Below, piece by piece: positions 9,391-19,466 of a stretch of DNA of 64,000 nucleotides (position 1 is its first letter; each line of letters opens with the position of its first letter). The stretch lies in contig CAWIPH010000002.1 of NCBI GenBank assembly GCA_963837955.1, positions 2,208,001-2,272,000 of the forward strand, in the 5' to 3' direction. The DNA comes from an uncultured Verrucomicrobiae bacterium. GTDB lineage: Bacteria; Verrucomicrobiota; Verrucomicrobiia; Chthoniobacterales; JAFAMB01. The notes under the pieces are model-generated. The model saw only the letters and a program-made list of their open reading frames with translations. It made no database searches and had not been told where the DNA came from. A program made the position numbers and the translations under genes.

Positions 9391-10428
9391 ATGAACAAAA
9401 GAACCTGCGGCTCGACTTTGCTCGTTGCCCTGGCAGGCATTGCAATTTTTGGCACGGCGCACGCCGACACCAAAAGCATGCGCATCGCGTTTTCCAACAA
9501 CTATGCCGGTAATTCTTGGCGACAGGCCATGCTGAAGAGCTATGACATCGTCACGAAGAAAGCCGTTGCGGACGGGATAGTCGCCGCCGCCGACGTATTC
9601 ACCACCGCCGACAAGGAGGTGCCGACCCAGGCAGCCCAAATCCAGAACCTGATTCTTCAGGGCTATAACGCAATCGTTATCAATGCGTCTTCACCGGATG
9701 CCTTGAACGGCGCTATCAAACAGGCCATTGATGCTGGCATCGTGGTCGTCTCCTTCGATGGGATCGTCACGGAGCCTGGCGCTTGGCGCGTGGTGGTCGA
9801 TTTCAAGGATTATGGCGCGCAGGAAGTCGAACATCTGGCCAAATGGTTGCCGAAGGGTGGAAACCTTTTGGAGATCCGTGGCCTCGCCGGCACCTCGATC
9901 GACGATGCGATCCATTCCGGGATCGCCGATGGAGTCCAAAAACATCCAGTCTTTAAGATCGTGAATAGTGTTGAAGGCGACTGGGATCAGACGACGGCGC
10001 AAAAGGCGGTCGCGACTGTTCTGCCTTCGCTCCCTGAAATCGTCGGCGTCGTCGATCAGGGCGGCGACGGATATGGCGCTGCGCAAGCCTTTAATTCGGC
10101 CGGACGCAAACTGCCCATCATAATCATGGGAAATCGCCAAGATGAACTCGCCTGGTGGAAAGAACAGAAGGCGAAGAACGGCTACACGACGTGGTCAGCG
10201 TCAATCGCACCCGGAGTCTCGACACTCGCCTTCTGGGTCGCTCAACAGATTCTCGACGGTCACAAGGACATCCCGCATGATCTTCTCGTGCCTTATCTAG
10301 CCTTCACCCAGGATGACTTCGAGGCTGCGCTCCCCAACATTGCGGCTGGCGGGGTTGCCAGTCATGAATACACGCAGGACGAGGCCAAGAAGGCGATCGA
10401 AGCGAATCTCAGTAATACCAAGAAGTAA
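9391..10428 (+). CDS. Sugar ABC transporter substrate-binding protein
   Basis: Signal peptide; SNNYAGNSWR, VVVSFD, EIRGLAG; GGAG RBS. Confidence 0.9.
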   Translation: MNKRTCGSTLLVALAGIAIFGTAHADTKSMRIAFSNNYAGNSWRQAMLKSYDIVTKKAVADGIVAAADVFTTADKEVPTQAAQIQNLILQGYNAIVINASSPDALNGAIKQAIDAGIVVVSFDGIVTEPGAWRVVVDFKDYGAQEVEHLAKWLPKGGNLLEIRGLAGTSIDDAIHSGIADGVQKHPVFKIVNSVEGDWDQTTAQKAVATVLPSLPEIVGVVDQGGDGYGAAQAFNSAGRKLPIIIMGNRQDELAWWKEQKAKNGYTTWSASIAPGVSTLAFWVAQQILDGHKDIPHDLLVPYLAFTQDDFEAALPNIAAGGVASHEYTQDEAKKAIEANLSNTKK

Positions 10429-10477
10429 CGTCGATTAGGACATGCCGGTTTTCCGTGTGATTGAGTGATCTCGCGTC

Positions 10478-11953
10478 ATGTCCGAACTCTCAGCGAACAT
10501 TGTCAAATTGGACGGAGTCGAAAAGCATTTCGGCGCCGTCCACGCGCTGGCCGGAGTCGACTTCGCCGTCGGTGTCGGAGAGTGCGTCGGGCTCGTGGGC
10601 CATAACGGCGCCGGTAAATCGACGCTGATGCATGTCCTGGCCGGCACACTCATTCCCGACAAAGGACAAATCACTATCGGAGGCGCGCCGCAAAAAGACT
10701 ATGCCGTGGTTCTTGCCCAAAAGCTTGGCATTCGCTGCGTCTTCCAGGAGTTGTCGCTGTGCCCCAATCTCACTGTCGCCGAGAATACGCGCGTCCTTCA
10801 TCCGTCGATTGCGGGGTGGGGCTGGCGAAGCCGGGCCGGCGAGCTGATTTGCGGTAAGCTGGATGAGATCTTTCCGGACCACGGCATCGCCGCCGATGCC
10901 ACCGTCGGCGAGCTGTCGATCGGCAAGCGCCAGATGGTCGAGGTGGCACGGGCCTTCACTATTACCGAGGCTCCGCTGCATCTCGTCATCCTTGACGAGC
11001 CGACTTCGTCTCTCGACAGCCATAGAGCCGGTCAACTGCTGTCTCACGTTCGGCGAGTTGTAGCGACCGGTGCTGGCTGCGTCTTGATTTCGCATCTCCT
11101 TCGCGAGATTCTCGAATTTTCGGATCGTATTGTGGTCATGCGCGACGGCAAGGTCGTCGCAGCCGATCGCGCTTCCGGTTTCGACCGCAACAGGTTGGTT
11201 TCCATGATGGGGGGCGCAGCGGCGAGCAAAATGCGACCGGCCAGCGAGGAGACCGCACCTCGCGGTTCGACCCCAATGCGCGTTCGGGCCCGCCTGGCGA
11301 AACAGAGCGATGGGATCGAACTGGTCGCCCATCAGGGTGAAATCGTCGGGCTCGCTGGCCTTTCCGGCCACGGTCAGACGGAGCTTTTGCTATCAGTTTT
11401 CAAAGCCGCCAGGCTACGTGTCCCTGGCATTAAGGTGAGCGACCCCGTGGCGCTTATCGCCGGCGATCGACAAAGCGACGGAATATTTCCGCTCTGGTCG
11501 ATCGCCGAAAATATCGGTATTCGTTCAATTGCCTCGCTGCGCAGGGGACCGTTGATCTCCCCTGAGCTGGAGGCCCGCTTTGCCGATGGCTGGCAGAAGC
11601 GGATCAACATCCGCACCCTCGACTTGCGCAACAACATTCTATCGCTCTCCGGCGGAAATCAGCAGAAGGCCTTATTCGCCCGCGCGCTCGGCTCGGAAGC
11701 GAAGATCGTGCTGATGGACGATCCCATGCGTGGCGTCGACATCAGCACCAAGCTCGAGGTCTATGGTCTCATTCGCACCGAGGCCAATGCAGGGCGCACG
11801 TTCCTGTGGTACACGACCGAGATGGAGGAACTGGAGAATTGCGACCACGTCTACGTGTTCCGCAACAGCCGGATCGTTGCCGATCTACGCCGCGGCGAGT
11901 TGAGTGAGGAACGAGTCATCCAGTCCTCCTTCGAGGAGGTTGCCAAACCATGA
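10478..11953 (+). CDS. Sugar ABC transporter ATP-binding protein
   Basis: [32 protein letters not shown]. Confidence 0.92.
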   Translation: MSELSANIVKLDGVEKHFGAVHALAGVDFAVGVGECVGLVGHNGAGKSTLMHVLAGTLIPDKGQITIGGAPQKDYAVVLAQKLGIRCVFQELSLCPNLTVAENTRVLHPSIAGWGWRSRAGELICGKLDEIFPDHGIAADATVGELSIGKRQMVEVARAFTITEAPLHLVILDEPTSSLDSHRAGQLLSHVRRVVATGAGCVLISHLLREILEFSDRIVVMRDGKVVAADRASGFDRNRLVSMMGGAAASKMRPASEETAPRGSTPMRVRARLAKQSDGIELVAHQGEIVGLAGLSGHGQTELLLSVFKAARLRVPGIKVSDPVALIAGDRQSDGIFPLWSIAENIGIRSIASLRRGPLISPELEARFADGWQKRINIRTLDLRNNILSLSGGNQQKALFARALGSEAKIVLMDDPMRGVDISTKLEVYGLIRTEANAGRTFLWYTTEMEELENCDHVYVFRNSRIVADLRRGELSEERVIQSSFEEVAKP

Positions 11954-12933
11954 CTTCGGCCCGCGGCGCGGGCGCCGTGCGAATTCCTTTGGCTGCGTCC
12001 CACACGCCGCGCCGATTTCTGCGCGCGATTTTGCCGGCCCTGTCTCTGACGCTAGTCCTTCTCGGGATCGCCTGGCTCAATCCCCGAGCGATTAGCTATT
12101 TCGGCCTCAACCTAATGCTCAACCTGGGCATTCCGGTAGCGCTCGCCACTATCGCACAGTTGTTCGTCATCACGGTCAACGACCTCGACCTCTCAATCGG
12201 CAGTTTCGTCAGTTTCGTCGGTTGTGTGGTCGCAACCTGGCTGCGTGATGCCCCGCTCTTCGGCACTGTAGTCCTGTTGGGCGGAATCGGCGTCTATGCG
12301 CTGGTCGGTGCGGTGATTTATCTGCGGAACGTTCCATCGATTGTGGTGACACTCGGTATGCTGTTCGTCTGGCAAGGTCTGGCGATCCTGATCCTACCCA
12401 AGCCCGGCGGCAAAGCGCCCGCCTGGCTCCACGATTTTATGAATTTCCGCACCCCGTTTATTCCTTTTCCCATTATCGCTGCGATGGTTATCGCGGCGCT
12501 CGTTCATCTAGGGCTAATGCGAACCTCGTACGGTGCCATCTTGCGCGGATCCGGTGGCAACGCGAATGCCATCGCCAGGGCAGGATGGTCGCTGCTGAAG
12601 ACGAAAGTCACCATGTTCGCGCTCGCCGGCGTTTTCGGGGTCTTTTCCGGACTAGCGTTGATCGGACTAGCCACGTCAGCTGACGCCAACATCGGCAAGG
12701 GTTACACTCTGTTATCCATCGCTGGCGTTATCCTCGGTGGCGGAGAATTCGTCGGCGGGCGCGTATCGCCCATCGGGGCGGTGATCGGCGCACTGACACT
12801 GACGCTCGCTGGTACGCTTCTCAACTTTATGCGGATTTCGCCCGATTGGCAGGTCGGCGCGCAGGGTGCGATTCTCATCATCGTTCTCGCCGCTCGCGCG
12901 ATCATCAACCGGGTAGACGGGAGGGGAACGTGA
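11950..12933 (+). CDS. Sugar ABC transporter permease
   Basis: Hydrophobic; [27 protein letters not shown] overlap with the ATPase stop. Confidence 0.9.
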   Translation: MTSARGAGAVRIPLAASHTPRRFLRAILPALSLTLVLLGIAWLNPRAISYFGLNLMLNLGIPVALATIAQLFVITVNDLDLSIGSFVSFVGCVVATWLRDAPLFGTVVLLGGIGVYALVGAVIYLRNVPSIVVTLGMLFVWQGLAILILPKPGGKAPAWLHDFMNFRTPFIPFPIIAAMVIAALVHLGLMRTSYGAILRGSGGNANAIARAGWSLLKTKVTMFALAGVFGVFSGLALIGLATSADANIGKGYTLLSIAGVILGGGEFVGGRVSPIGAVIGALTLTLAGTLLNFMRISPDWQVGAQGAILIIVLAARAIINRVDGRGT

Positions 12934-13883
12934 GGCTAGCCGGCAAGAGCAGCGTTTTCACCCAGCCATGGATCTGGTCCTATCTCGGCGCTTTGCTAGT
13001 TTGGTTGTCGGCGATCACATTCACGCATGGATATGGCGCAGGCGGCATGCTAACAGCCGGGCTAGCGCTCGCTGTCTTCTCCGTGATCACTGGCGTTGCC
13101 CAAATGTTCGTGATCACGCTTGGACCTGGGAATGTCGATTTATCGCTACCGGCCAATATCGGATTGGCCAGTGCGGTGGCCATGAAGGTGATGGGCGGCT
13201 CCGACTCGATGATCGCCGCGGGTCTTCTCGCTGCCCTTGTCTCCGGTAGCGGCATCGGATTGGCTAATTATCTTCTCATCTGGCTTCTGCGTATCCCGCC
13301 GATTATCGCCACCCTTTCGGCGAGCTTCATAATCCAATCCATCGGTATCAGTTACGGCCGCGGCTTGCAAATCAAGCCACCGCCCGGGTTCGCTGAGTTC
13401 ACCACCGCGCAATTCGCCGGGATCCCTTTCCTGGCGATTGGCGCGGTGATCTTCACGATCGGGGTGGGAGTCCTCTTGCACCGGACCATCTACGGTAGAT
13501 CGGTTCTGGCAATTGGGCAGAATACCCGCGCCGCTTGGCTTGCTGGAATTGCCGTAGAACGGATCCGGTGCGCGACCTATGTTTTGAGTGGTGCGCTCGG
13601 TGGGATTTGTGGAGCACTCTTGGCCGGCTATTTCCGGGGATCGTCGCTTGAGATCGGTGACGAATATCTCCTCACCTCGATAGCGTTAGTGGTGATCGGG
13701 GGAACCTCGGTCAGTGGTGGCAAAGCCAATGTGTCCGGATTGTGGGGGGCTGCGCTCTTTCTTGTACTCTTGCTCACGATGCTGAACACCTTTGGGGTAA
13801 GTGCGGGTATTCGCTTCGTGGTTACCGGCCTGGTCATTATCGGAGTGATCATCGCAGCCGGTGGACAGAAAACGGCGAGATAA
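12930..13883 (+). CDS. Sugar ABC transporter permease
   Basis: GTG start at 12930 overlaps the upstream TGA; VDLS, IPPIIATL, LAIGQN, VVIGGTS. Confidence 0.9.
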   Translation: MRLAGKSSVFTQPWIWSYLGALLVWLSAITFTHGYGAGGMLTAGLALAVFSVITGVAQMFVITLGPGNVDLSLPANIGLASAVAMKVMGGSDSMIAAGLLAALVSGSGIGLANYLLIWLLRIPPIIATLSASFIIQSIGISYGRGLQIKPPPGFAEFTTAQFAGIPFLAIGAVIFTIGVGVLLHRTIYGRSVLAIGQNTRAAWLAGIAVERIRCATYVLSGALGGICGALLAGYFRGSSLEIGDEYLLTSIALVVIGGTSVSGGKANVSGLWGAALFLVLLLTMLNTFGVSAGIRFVVTGLVIIGVIIAAGGQKTAR

Positions 13884-13943
13884 CCGGGGCCGCAGCGGGA
13901 ATATCTGCGAGCCGCGCGACGCGATTGGCCGCTAGTGCGTCGA

Positions 13944-14069
13944 TTACTTCTTGGTCTTCGGAACTTGCTTGGCGCTGGCCGCTTCTTTCTTCTTCTGGCT
14001 TGCGCTGTCTGCCTTTGCCCGTTTCTGCGCCGCTTGCTTGCTCGTGGCTTTTGGAGATCTGTCGCCCAT
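13944..14069 (-). CDS. Small Lys/Ala-rich basic protein (41 aa)
   Basis: MGDRSPKATSKQAAQKRAKADSASQKKKEAASAKQVPKTKK, preceded by a canonical promoter 7 nt upstream of the ATG. Confidence 0.65.
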   Translation of the reverse strand: MGDRSPKATSKQAAQKRAKADSASQKKKEAASAKQVPKTKK

Positions 14070-14076
14070 AAACACA

Positions 14077-14105
14077 AGCCTAAGGTGCACGCCAGCAAGC
14101 GTCAA
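14077..14105 (-). promoter_or_regulatory. Sigma70-type promoter predicting a leaderless mRNA
   Basis: Minus strand reads TTGACG-17 nt-TAGGCT-7 nt-ATG. Confidence 0.6.
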
Positions 14106-14128
14106 CCCAGAGGTCGAGGACGTTCCCC

Positions 14129-14575
14129 GAAATCTGTGGTTAATCGCACTCCGCGGAAACACGATGGCGACCTGGGCTCGATTCCTCGGTTCGTGTTGGG
14201 TTGTTTCCGGGCGCCGCAAGCGGCAAGCCCCTCCGACCGGTGGGTTGTATTCCGTGATTCGGAATTGGAAGCGCGTGTCGGGCAGTTCAAAATCTGCGAA
14301 ATGTGGTTAGTTCAATTCGCGGAATCACCATGGCAACTTGGGCTCGGTTCCTCGGGTCGTCTTGGGTTGTTTCCGGGCGCCGCAAGCGGCAAGCCCCTCC
14401 GACCGGTGGGTTGTATTCCGTGATTCGGAATCTGGAAGCGTGTCGGGCGGCTCAAAATCTGCGAAATGTGGTTAGTTCAATTCGCGGAATCACCATGGCG
14501 AGTGGGCTCGCTTCCTCGGGTCGCCTTAGGTTGTTTCCGGGCGCCGCAAGCGGCAAGCCCCTCCGACCGGTGGGT
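14129..14575 (+). repeat. Tandem array of ~165-bp structured repeat (family B), three copies, the last truncated
   Basis: Invariant core TTTCCGGGCGCCGCAAGCGGCAAGCCCCTCCGACCGGTGGG at 14204, 14370 and 14534; the sequences between cores are also homologous. Confidence 0.9.
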
Positions 14576-14654
14576 CCTATTAAACGATTCGGCAGCGGGA
14601 AGCGCATCACAAATGTTGAAGACTAGATCTAGGCGTGACCGCTATCAGCGAACA

Positions 14655-15506
14655 ATGATACGATCGAGTGATCGTATAACGTTGGATAACCGTTACGCTG
14701 ATTATCTACTTGGTAGCTCTGACGCGGAGCACGAGCGCCTGATCCGACAGGCCAGACGCCTCGCGCCAGTTACGGAGAGGTTCTTCCGCGAAGCCGGGAT
14801 TGGCCCTGGGCAGCGCATCCTGGATATTGGCTCCGGCGTCGGAGACGTAGCGATGCTGCTGAGCCGGCTGGTAGGTCCTTCAGGAGAGGTCGTAGCGATC
14901 GAGCGTGACGCTCGCTCGATCAATCGCGCGCAGACTCGCGCGGCCGAGGCAGGATTGCATAACGTAATATTCGCTCAAACCGATATTGCTCAATTCTCGA
15001 GCGACTCACCGTTCGACGCAGTGGCTGGCCGGTTCATACTCCAATTTCTTCCCGATCCAGTTGGAGCATTGCGTTCTTTGTCTGAGAAGGTAAGCCCCGG
15101 TGGGATTATCGCCTTTCAGGAAGGGTCCTGGGCGCCCTTCGTTCTGCTTTCCGCGCACTTGCCGCTTTGGTCGAGAGGTGTCTCGTTGCTCCACGAAGTC
15201 GCGGTCCGCTCCGGCGTGAATATGGAGATGGGGCCCGCTCTTTTCAAGGTTTTCCAGGATGCGGGGTTACCCGCGCCCCGCATGCGTTTGGAAATGGAGT
15301 TGGGACATGACCCAGACTTCACCCGATGGGTTTCCGATTCTCTTAGCAGTGTCCGGCCGCGGATTGAAAAGCTCAATCTCCCGCATGAGGAGCTAGGCGA
15401 TCTCGACACGCTACAGCAGCGGCTGCAAGAGGAGGTTGCATCTTCGAACACCGTTGTACCCTGGCTCGCGTTAGTGGGAGCCTGGTGCCGCAAGCCCGTG
15501 AATTAG
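14655..15506 (+). CDS. Class I SAM-dependent methyltransferase
   Basis: RILDIGSGVGDV, VVAIER, FDAVAGRFIL, PGG. The ORF-track extension to 14466 is repeat-derived. Confidence 0.88.
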   Translation: MIRSSDRITLDNRYADYLLGSSDAEHERLIRQARRLAPVTERFFREAGIGPGQRILDIGSGVGDVAMLLSRLVGPSGEVVAIERDARSINRAQTRAAEAGLHNVIFAQTDIAQFSSDSPFDAVAGRFILQFLPDPVGALRSLSEKVSPGGIIAFQEGSWAPFVLLSAHLPLWSRGVSLLHEVAVRSGVNMEMGPALFKVFQDAGLPAPRMRLEMELGHDPDFTRWVSDSLSSVRPRIEKLNLPHEELGDLDTLQQRLQEEVASSNTVVPWLALVGAWCRKPVN

Positions 15507-15585
15507 GTGCGCAACGTGGCTTATTCTTGACCCCTGGCGGTGGCTCGAGACTTTTCAAACATCCTCTGACCCAGTGTGGCCCGCG

Positions 15586-16482
15586 CTAATTTTTCCTAAT
15601 AATCTGGTTTGCGGGGCCCTGAGAAAGCAACATCTGCTCCATCGCCTTCCGGACAGCCTTTTCCTCATCGGACGGAAAGATAGTCTCCAGTTTTTGTCCC
15701 CCGTGCGCTGCGTGCAGCTCGAGAGCAAGAACGTCGAAGCTTTCCTGATGGCTCACATGAAAGTCGGCCAGCCTAACACGAGGGACAAATGTGATGATTC
15801 CCCCAAATTTTTCCTTGAGATCCTCTGCCGATGAGGATTCGGCCGAAGCGTTTTTCTCCTCCGAAATCACCACAAGCTCGCGCTCGGCGATCAACAGCCC
15901 ACCAGCGGGAGCAAGTTGCTGATGGGATCCGCCGAAAATGGCCGGCCACTGTACAGCAGCCAAAAGCCGCTGTCCTCTGGGCGAAAAACGATGCGCCTCA
16001 TTCCGGATTTTCATGGGCCAAGCCTGGAATATCGAAGCCTCGCTCCGATCCTTTTCAGCTACGCCGGCGAGTGCCGGATCGATGCCGGCGAGTATCAGAT
16101 CGATGGCTTCGCGATAAACCTCGTCCTCGACCGTCTCGAATGTAATCGTTACGGAGTACGATGTGCTTACCGCGGCAAAGCAAATTTTTAGCTGACCAGC
16201 GAGCAAAATAGACGCGAGCTCAAGGAACAGGGTGTTGTTAAAATCAGATTTTTCCAGCGTGGCAACCCCTTCTTCGGTCTCCGAAGCTACCAGCCAACCA
16301 TCGTTCGTCACTGCAAGCACGGTCGCCGGCGATCTCTGGTCCCCGGTTGTAAAAGCCGGAGCGTGCACCAGTAAACGGACGGGATCTTTCGACGGCAAGC
16401 TTTCTGCCAATGCGCTGCAAAACGGTTCCGGCGCGTCGGAAATGGTATGCAGTTTGGTTGGGAAGCGGGTATCGATTTCCAT
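15586..16482 (-). CDS. Hypothetical protein with two internally similar halves
   Basis: 298-aa ATG ORF with protein-like composition; no family recognised. Confidence 0.65.
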   Translation of the reverse strand: MEIDTRFPTKLHTISDAPEPFCSALAESLPSKDPVRLLVHAPAFTTGDQRSPATVLAVTNDGWLVASETEEGVATLEKSDFNNTLFLELASILLAGQLKICFAAVSTSYSVTITFETVEDEVYREAIDLILAGIDPALAGVAEKDRSEASIFQAWPMKIRNEAHRFSPRGQRLLAAVQWPAIFGGSHQQLAPAGGLLIAERELVVISEEKNASAESSSAEDLKEKFGGIITFVPRVRLADFHVSHQESFDVLALELHAAHGGQKLETIFPSDEEKAVRKAMEQMLLSQGPANQIIRKN

Positions 16483-16717
16483 ACTCTACGAAAGGGCTGC
16501 AAAACGTTTAGGGGATTCGTTTTTGCCAGCCGGAACGGACCGCCTTCCACGGCACAGATCGAGAGCCGCCCAGAGGCATCGCGTAAACCAATTAACCTTA
16601 GGACGATCCGGCGGCAGGTCAAGACACCTGTAACTAGATCAAGATGTCGCAAACGAATGCGGCGAGGCATTTTTCGAGGCCAATTTGTCATAATCGCTCA
16701 TGAAACGCTGATTTACA

Positions 16718-16733
16718 TGATCCGTTTTGAGAT
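16718..16733. promoter_or_regulatory. Candidate operator of the LacI-family regulator, site 1
   Basis: TGATCCGTTTTGAGAT matches the reverse complement of 18043-18058 at 14/16. Confidence 0.4.
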
Positions 16734-16813
16734 GTAGATTAGTTCAAGGCCTGCGGGCAAAAGGCTCAGCGTTCCAATAATGCTCTTGATCCGATTAGAC
16801 AGGGCGGGCCGAA

Positions 16814-17926
16814 TTGATTGATCATGGCGCTCAGCCGCCTTGCGTCCCGTCGGGTGCGGACTTGCCAATAAGTATTGTGAATGTTCAGAGACGCATAAGT
16901 ATAACTGAAATTGTCGCGGCAACCGGCTTGAGTCGCGCAACGGTCGATCGTGTTTTGAACAAACGCCCCGGGGTCCATCCACGAACTCAGGCCCACGTGC
17001 TTCGGGTGCTCGCTCGTTTGGAAAACGACGGGCAGCCGTGGCGCCAAGAGCCCTTTGTCCTGGAGAAGCGCGATTCCTATCGCTTCGGGATCGTGGTTCA
17101 AGCCGGTGAGACGTTCACGCGGTCGGTGCTGGACATGGTCCAAAAGGTCACGAAGACAGAGAGTAGCGCAGCAAACTTGCAGGCAGCCGCCAGCCGATCC
17201 GATGAGGAGACGATCGAACTCATCCAGACGATTGGCCGAGACCTGGACGGAGTCGCGCTTGTAAGCAAGAACATCGAGCCGATTAAGTCCGCGCTTAAAG
17301 AGGTGCGAGACGCCGGCAAAAACGTTGTCGCCTTGGTCTCAGATCTGGATGCGGCAGTCCGGAATGCCTATGTGGGAATCGATAACCGGGCAGCCGGCCA
17401 GCTGGCAGCTTTCATCCTGGGCAGGTGCCTGGAGCGAGTGGCAGAAGCGAAAGTTGCGGTTGTCGTGGGCTATTTCTCGTATTTATGCCAGGAAGACCGG
17501 GAAATCGGGTTTCGATCCCTTTTGCGGCAACGCTTCCCACAAATAGAAATCGTAGAAGTCATCAAGGGAGACGACTCGCGAGAGGGGACTTATACAGCCA
17601 CGCTCCGCCTGCTTAAAAATCGCCGCGACATCGCCGGCATCTATAATGTGGCAGGTGGAAACTTCGGGTTGGCAAGAGCGATTGACGAAGCGGGTCTGGA
17701 CCGGCGTCCCCTCTATATTGCCCATGAAGTCAACGAGGTTACTGAACCACTGCTGCGAACAGGGTTCATCGATTTTCTGATTTCGCAAAACATCGAATCA
17801 CTGGTTCGCATGAGCAGGCAGGTATTGATCGATTTGAGCCTGAATACCGGTTCGGTTCGTGAGCTGAATTATCTGCCCATTCAAGTGGTTTCGGAATTTA
17901 CTCTAGTTCCGGGGGGCTTCCAATAA
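16814..17926 (+). CDS. LacI-family transcriptional regulator
   Basis: HTH SITEIVAATGLSRATVDRVLNKRPGV; YVGIDNRAAGQLA. Start may be GTG at 16877. Confidence 0.9.
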   Translation: MIDHGAQPPCVPSGADLPISIVNVQRRISITEIVAATGLSRATVDRVLNKRPGVHPRTQAHVLRVLARLENDGQPWRQEPFVLEKRDSYRFGIVVQAGETFTRSVLDMVQKVTKTESSAANLQAAASRSDEETIELIQTIGRDLDGVALVSKNIEPIKSALKEVRDAGKNVVALVSDLDAAVRNAYVGIDNRAAGQLAAFILGRCLERVAEAKVAVVVGYFSYLCQEDREIGFRSLLRQRFPQIEIVEVIKGDDSREGTYTATLRLLKNRRDIAGIYNVAGGNFGLARAIDEAGLDRRPLYIAHEVNEVTEPLLRTGFIDFLISQNIESLVRMSRQVLIDLSLNTGSVRELNYLPIQVVSEFTLVPGGFQ

Positions 17927-18042
17927 GGTAGAGGCAGACACACCTTCAAAGCCTTCGGGTACATCGATAGCCGCCGGAATTGCGCCGGTCCAGTTTCATC
18001 CGAACTGCGAAACCGCTCTGCAGGGAGCTTGGCGGCCTGATT

Positions 18043-18058
18043 ATCTCAAAAAAGATCA
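18043..18058. promoter_or_regulatory. Candidate operator of the LacI-family regulator, site 2, upstream of the iol-like operon
   Basis: ATCTCAAAAAAGATCA; inverted copy of site 1. Confidence 0.4.
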
Positions 18059-18493
18059 CACAATCATTTTGATTTGATCTAAAAAGACGCATACCCTTGC
18101 GCCGGGTTCCCTATCATATGCGTCGTAATCACTCAAGTAGAGGCGGTCCGCAGAGTTCATCTTGTTTCGATTACAAACCATTTCGAAATGCAACCTGCAG
18201 CTAAGTACGGGCGCGGGGGTCACGTCTTGAGATCTTCTGAGCTTGAAGAAAGTCGCATTTTTCGTGAACAAATAGCTCTTTATAGAAAGCATAATGATTG
18301 ATTCTGATGTTCTGCGCAGATTCAGGCTTGATATCTGAGCGGATTTTGTAACAGTGGAAGAAGCAGGTCCACCCCCCCCGAAAACGAGAACCAAGCTGGC
18401 ACCTTGTCCACCTGATCGAAAGGCTTACAAGGGCAAGGTCTCCCGAAGAGAACCGAGTTTGCTAACCGACAATTCGAAGACCGTGATGCGCAA

Positions 18494-19456
18494 ATGAAAC
18501 TGTGCGTTGTATCTGAAAGTCTAGCCAATTTGTCATTGAAAGAGGCTGCGAGAGCGTCAGCCGACCTCGGTCTTGCGGCCTTGGAAATCGGAATGGGCAA
18601 CTGGTGTGCCGCTCCTCATGCCGACCTGAACGCTCTTTTGGAGAGCAAGGATAAGCGGCATGAGTTTTTGTCCGTGTTTAAGCAAAACGGCTTGTCATTA
18701 GCGGCTCTCAATTGTAGCGGAAATCAGCTTCATCCCGTCGATGGAGAACGTCAAAGTAGAGTCGTTTACGATACGGTCCGGGTTGCCGAATTGCTTGGCG
18801 TTCACACGATTGTGTTGATGTCGGGTTTGCCAGCCGGCGGACCGAGCGACCTGAGACCAAACTGGATCACGTGCGCATGGCCACCGGAGAACAGGGAAAT
18901 TCTCGACTGGCAATGGGAGGCAAAGCTTGTGCCCTACTGGGAAAAGCTAGCCGCATTCGCCCAAGACTGTGGTGTAACCAAACTTTGCATCGAACTGCAT
19001 GGCCACCAGTTGGTCTATAACGTGCCTACTTTATTGAAGCTGAGAAAGCAGGTCGGAAAGATCGTCGGCGCAAATCTCGATCCGAGTCATTTGTTTTGGA
19101 TGGGCGCCGACCCCTTGGCGGCGATCGATTCCCTGGGCGATGCGATCCATCATGTACACGCAAAGGACACAGCTTTGAACGAGCGAGTACTGAACCTGAC
19201 TGGCCGGTTGGAAACTATTGGACACGAGCATGTCCAGGATCGCGCCTGGAATTATATCACGCTGGGATACGGACACGGCGAGCAATGGTGGCGGCAGTTT
19301 TGCTACCGGCTTCGTCTCAACGGTTACGACGGCTGGCTGTCCATCGAGCACGAAGATATCGTTCTCTCCCGGATGGAAGGAATGCGGCGATCGGTTGATC
19401 TGCTGAAAAGCGCGTTGGCCGAGGAACCGAGCGATTACACGTTGCCAACGAGCTGA
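18494..19456 (+). CDS. Sugar phosphate isomerase/epimerase (AP endonuclease 2-type TIM barrel)
   Basis: IELHG, ANLDPSHLFW, HHVHAKD, LSIEHED metal-binding motifs. Confidence 0.88.
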   Translation: MKLCVVSESLANLSLKEAARASADLGLAALEIGMGNWCAAPHADLNALLESKDKRHEFLSVFKQNGLSLAALNCSGNQLHPVDGERQSRVVYDTVRVAELLGVHTIVLMSGLPAGGPSDLRPNWITCAWPPENREILDWQWEAKLVPYWEKLAAFAQDCGVTKLCIELHGHQLVYNVPTLLKLRKQVGKIVGANLDPSHLFWMGADPLAAIDSLGDAIHHVHAKDTALNERVLNLTGRLETIGHEHVQDRAWNYITLGYGHGEQWWRQFCYRLRLNGYDGWLSIEHEDIVLSRMEGMRRSVDLLKSALAEEPSDYTLPTS

Positions 19457-19466
19457 ACGAAGAACT

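Noticed and set aside
14165..14200. tRNA gene suggested by the T-loop-like GGGCTCGATTCC in family B
   Set aside because: No D arm, anticodon arm, acceptor stem or CCA, and the loop varies between copies.
14129..14575. CRISPR array
   Set aside because: The sequences between conserved cores are homologous and ~125 bp long, not unique spacers; no cas genes are present.
13935..14626. Plus-strand ORFs with repeated peptides (FRAPQAASPSDRW, SGRRKRQAPP)
   Set aside because: Translations of the family B repeat; the unit periods (166, 164) are not multiples of three.
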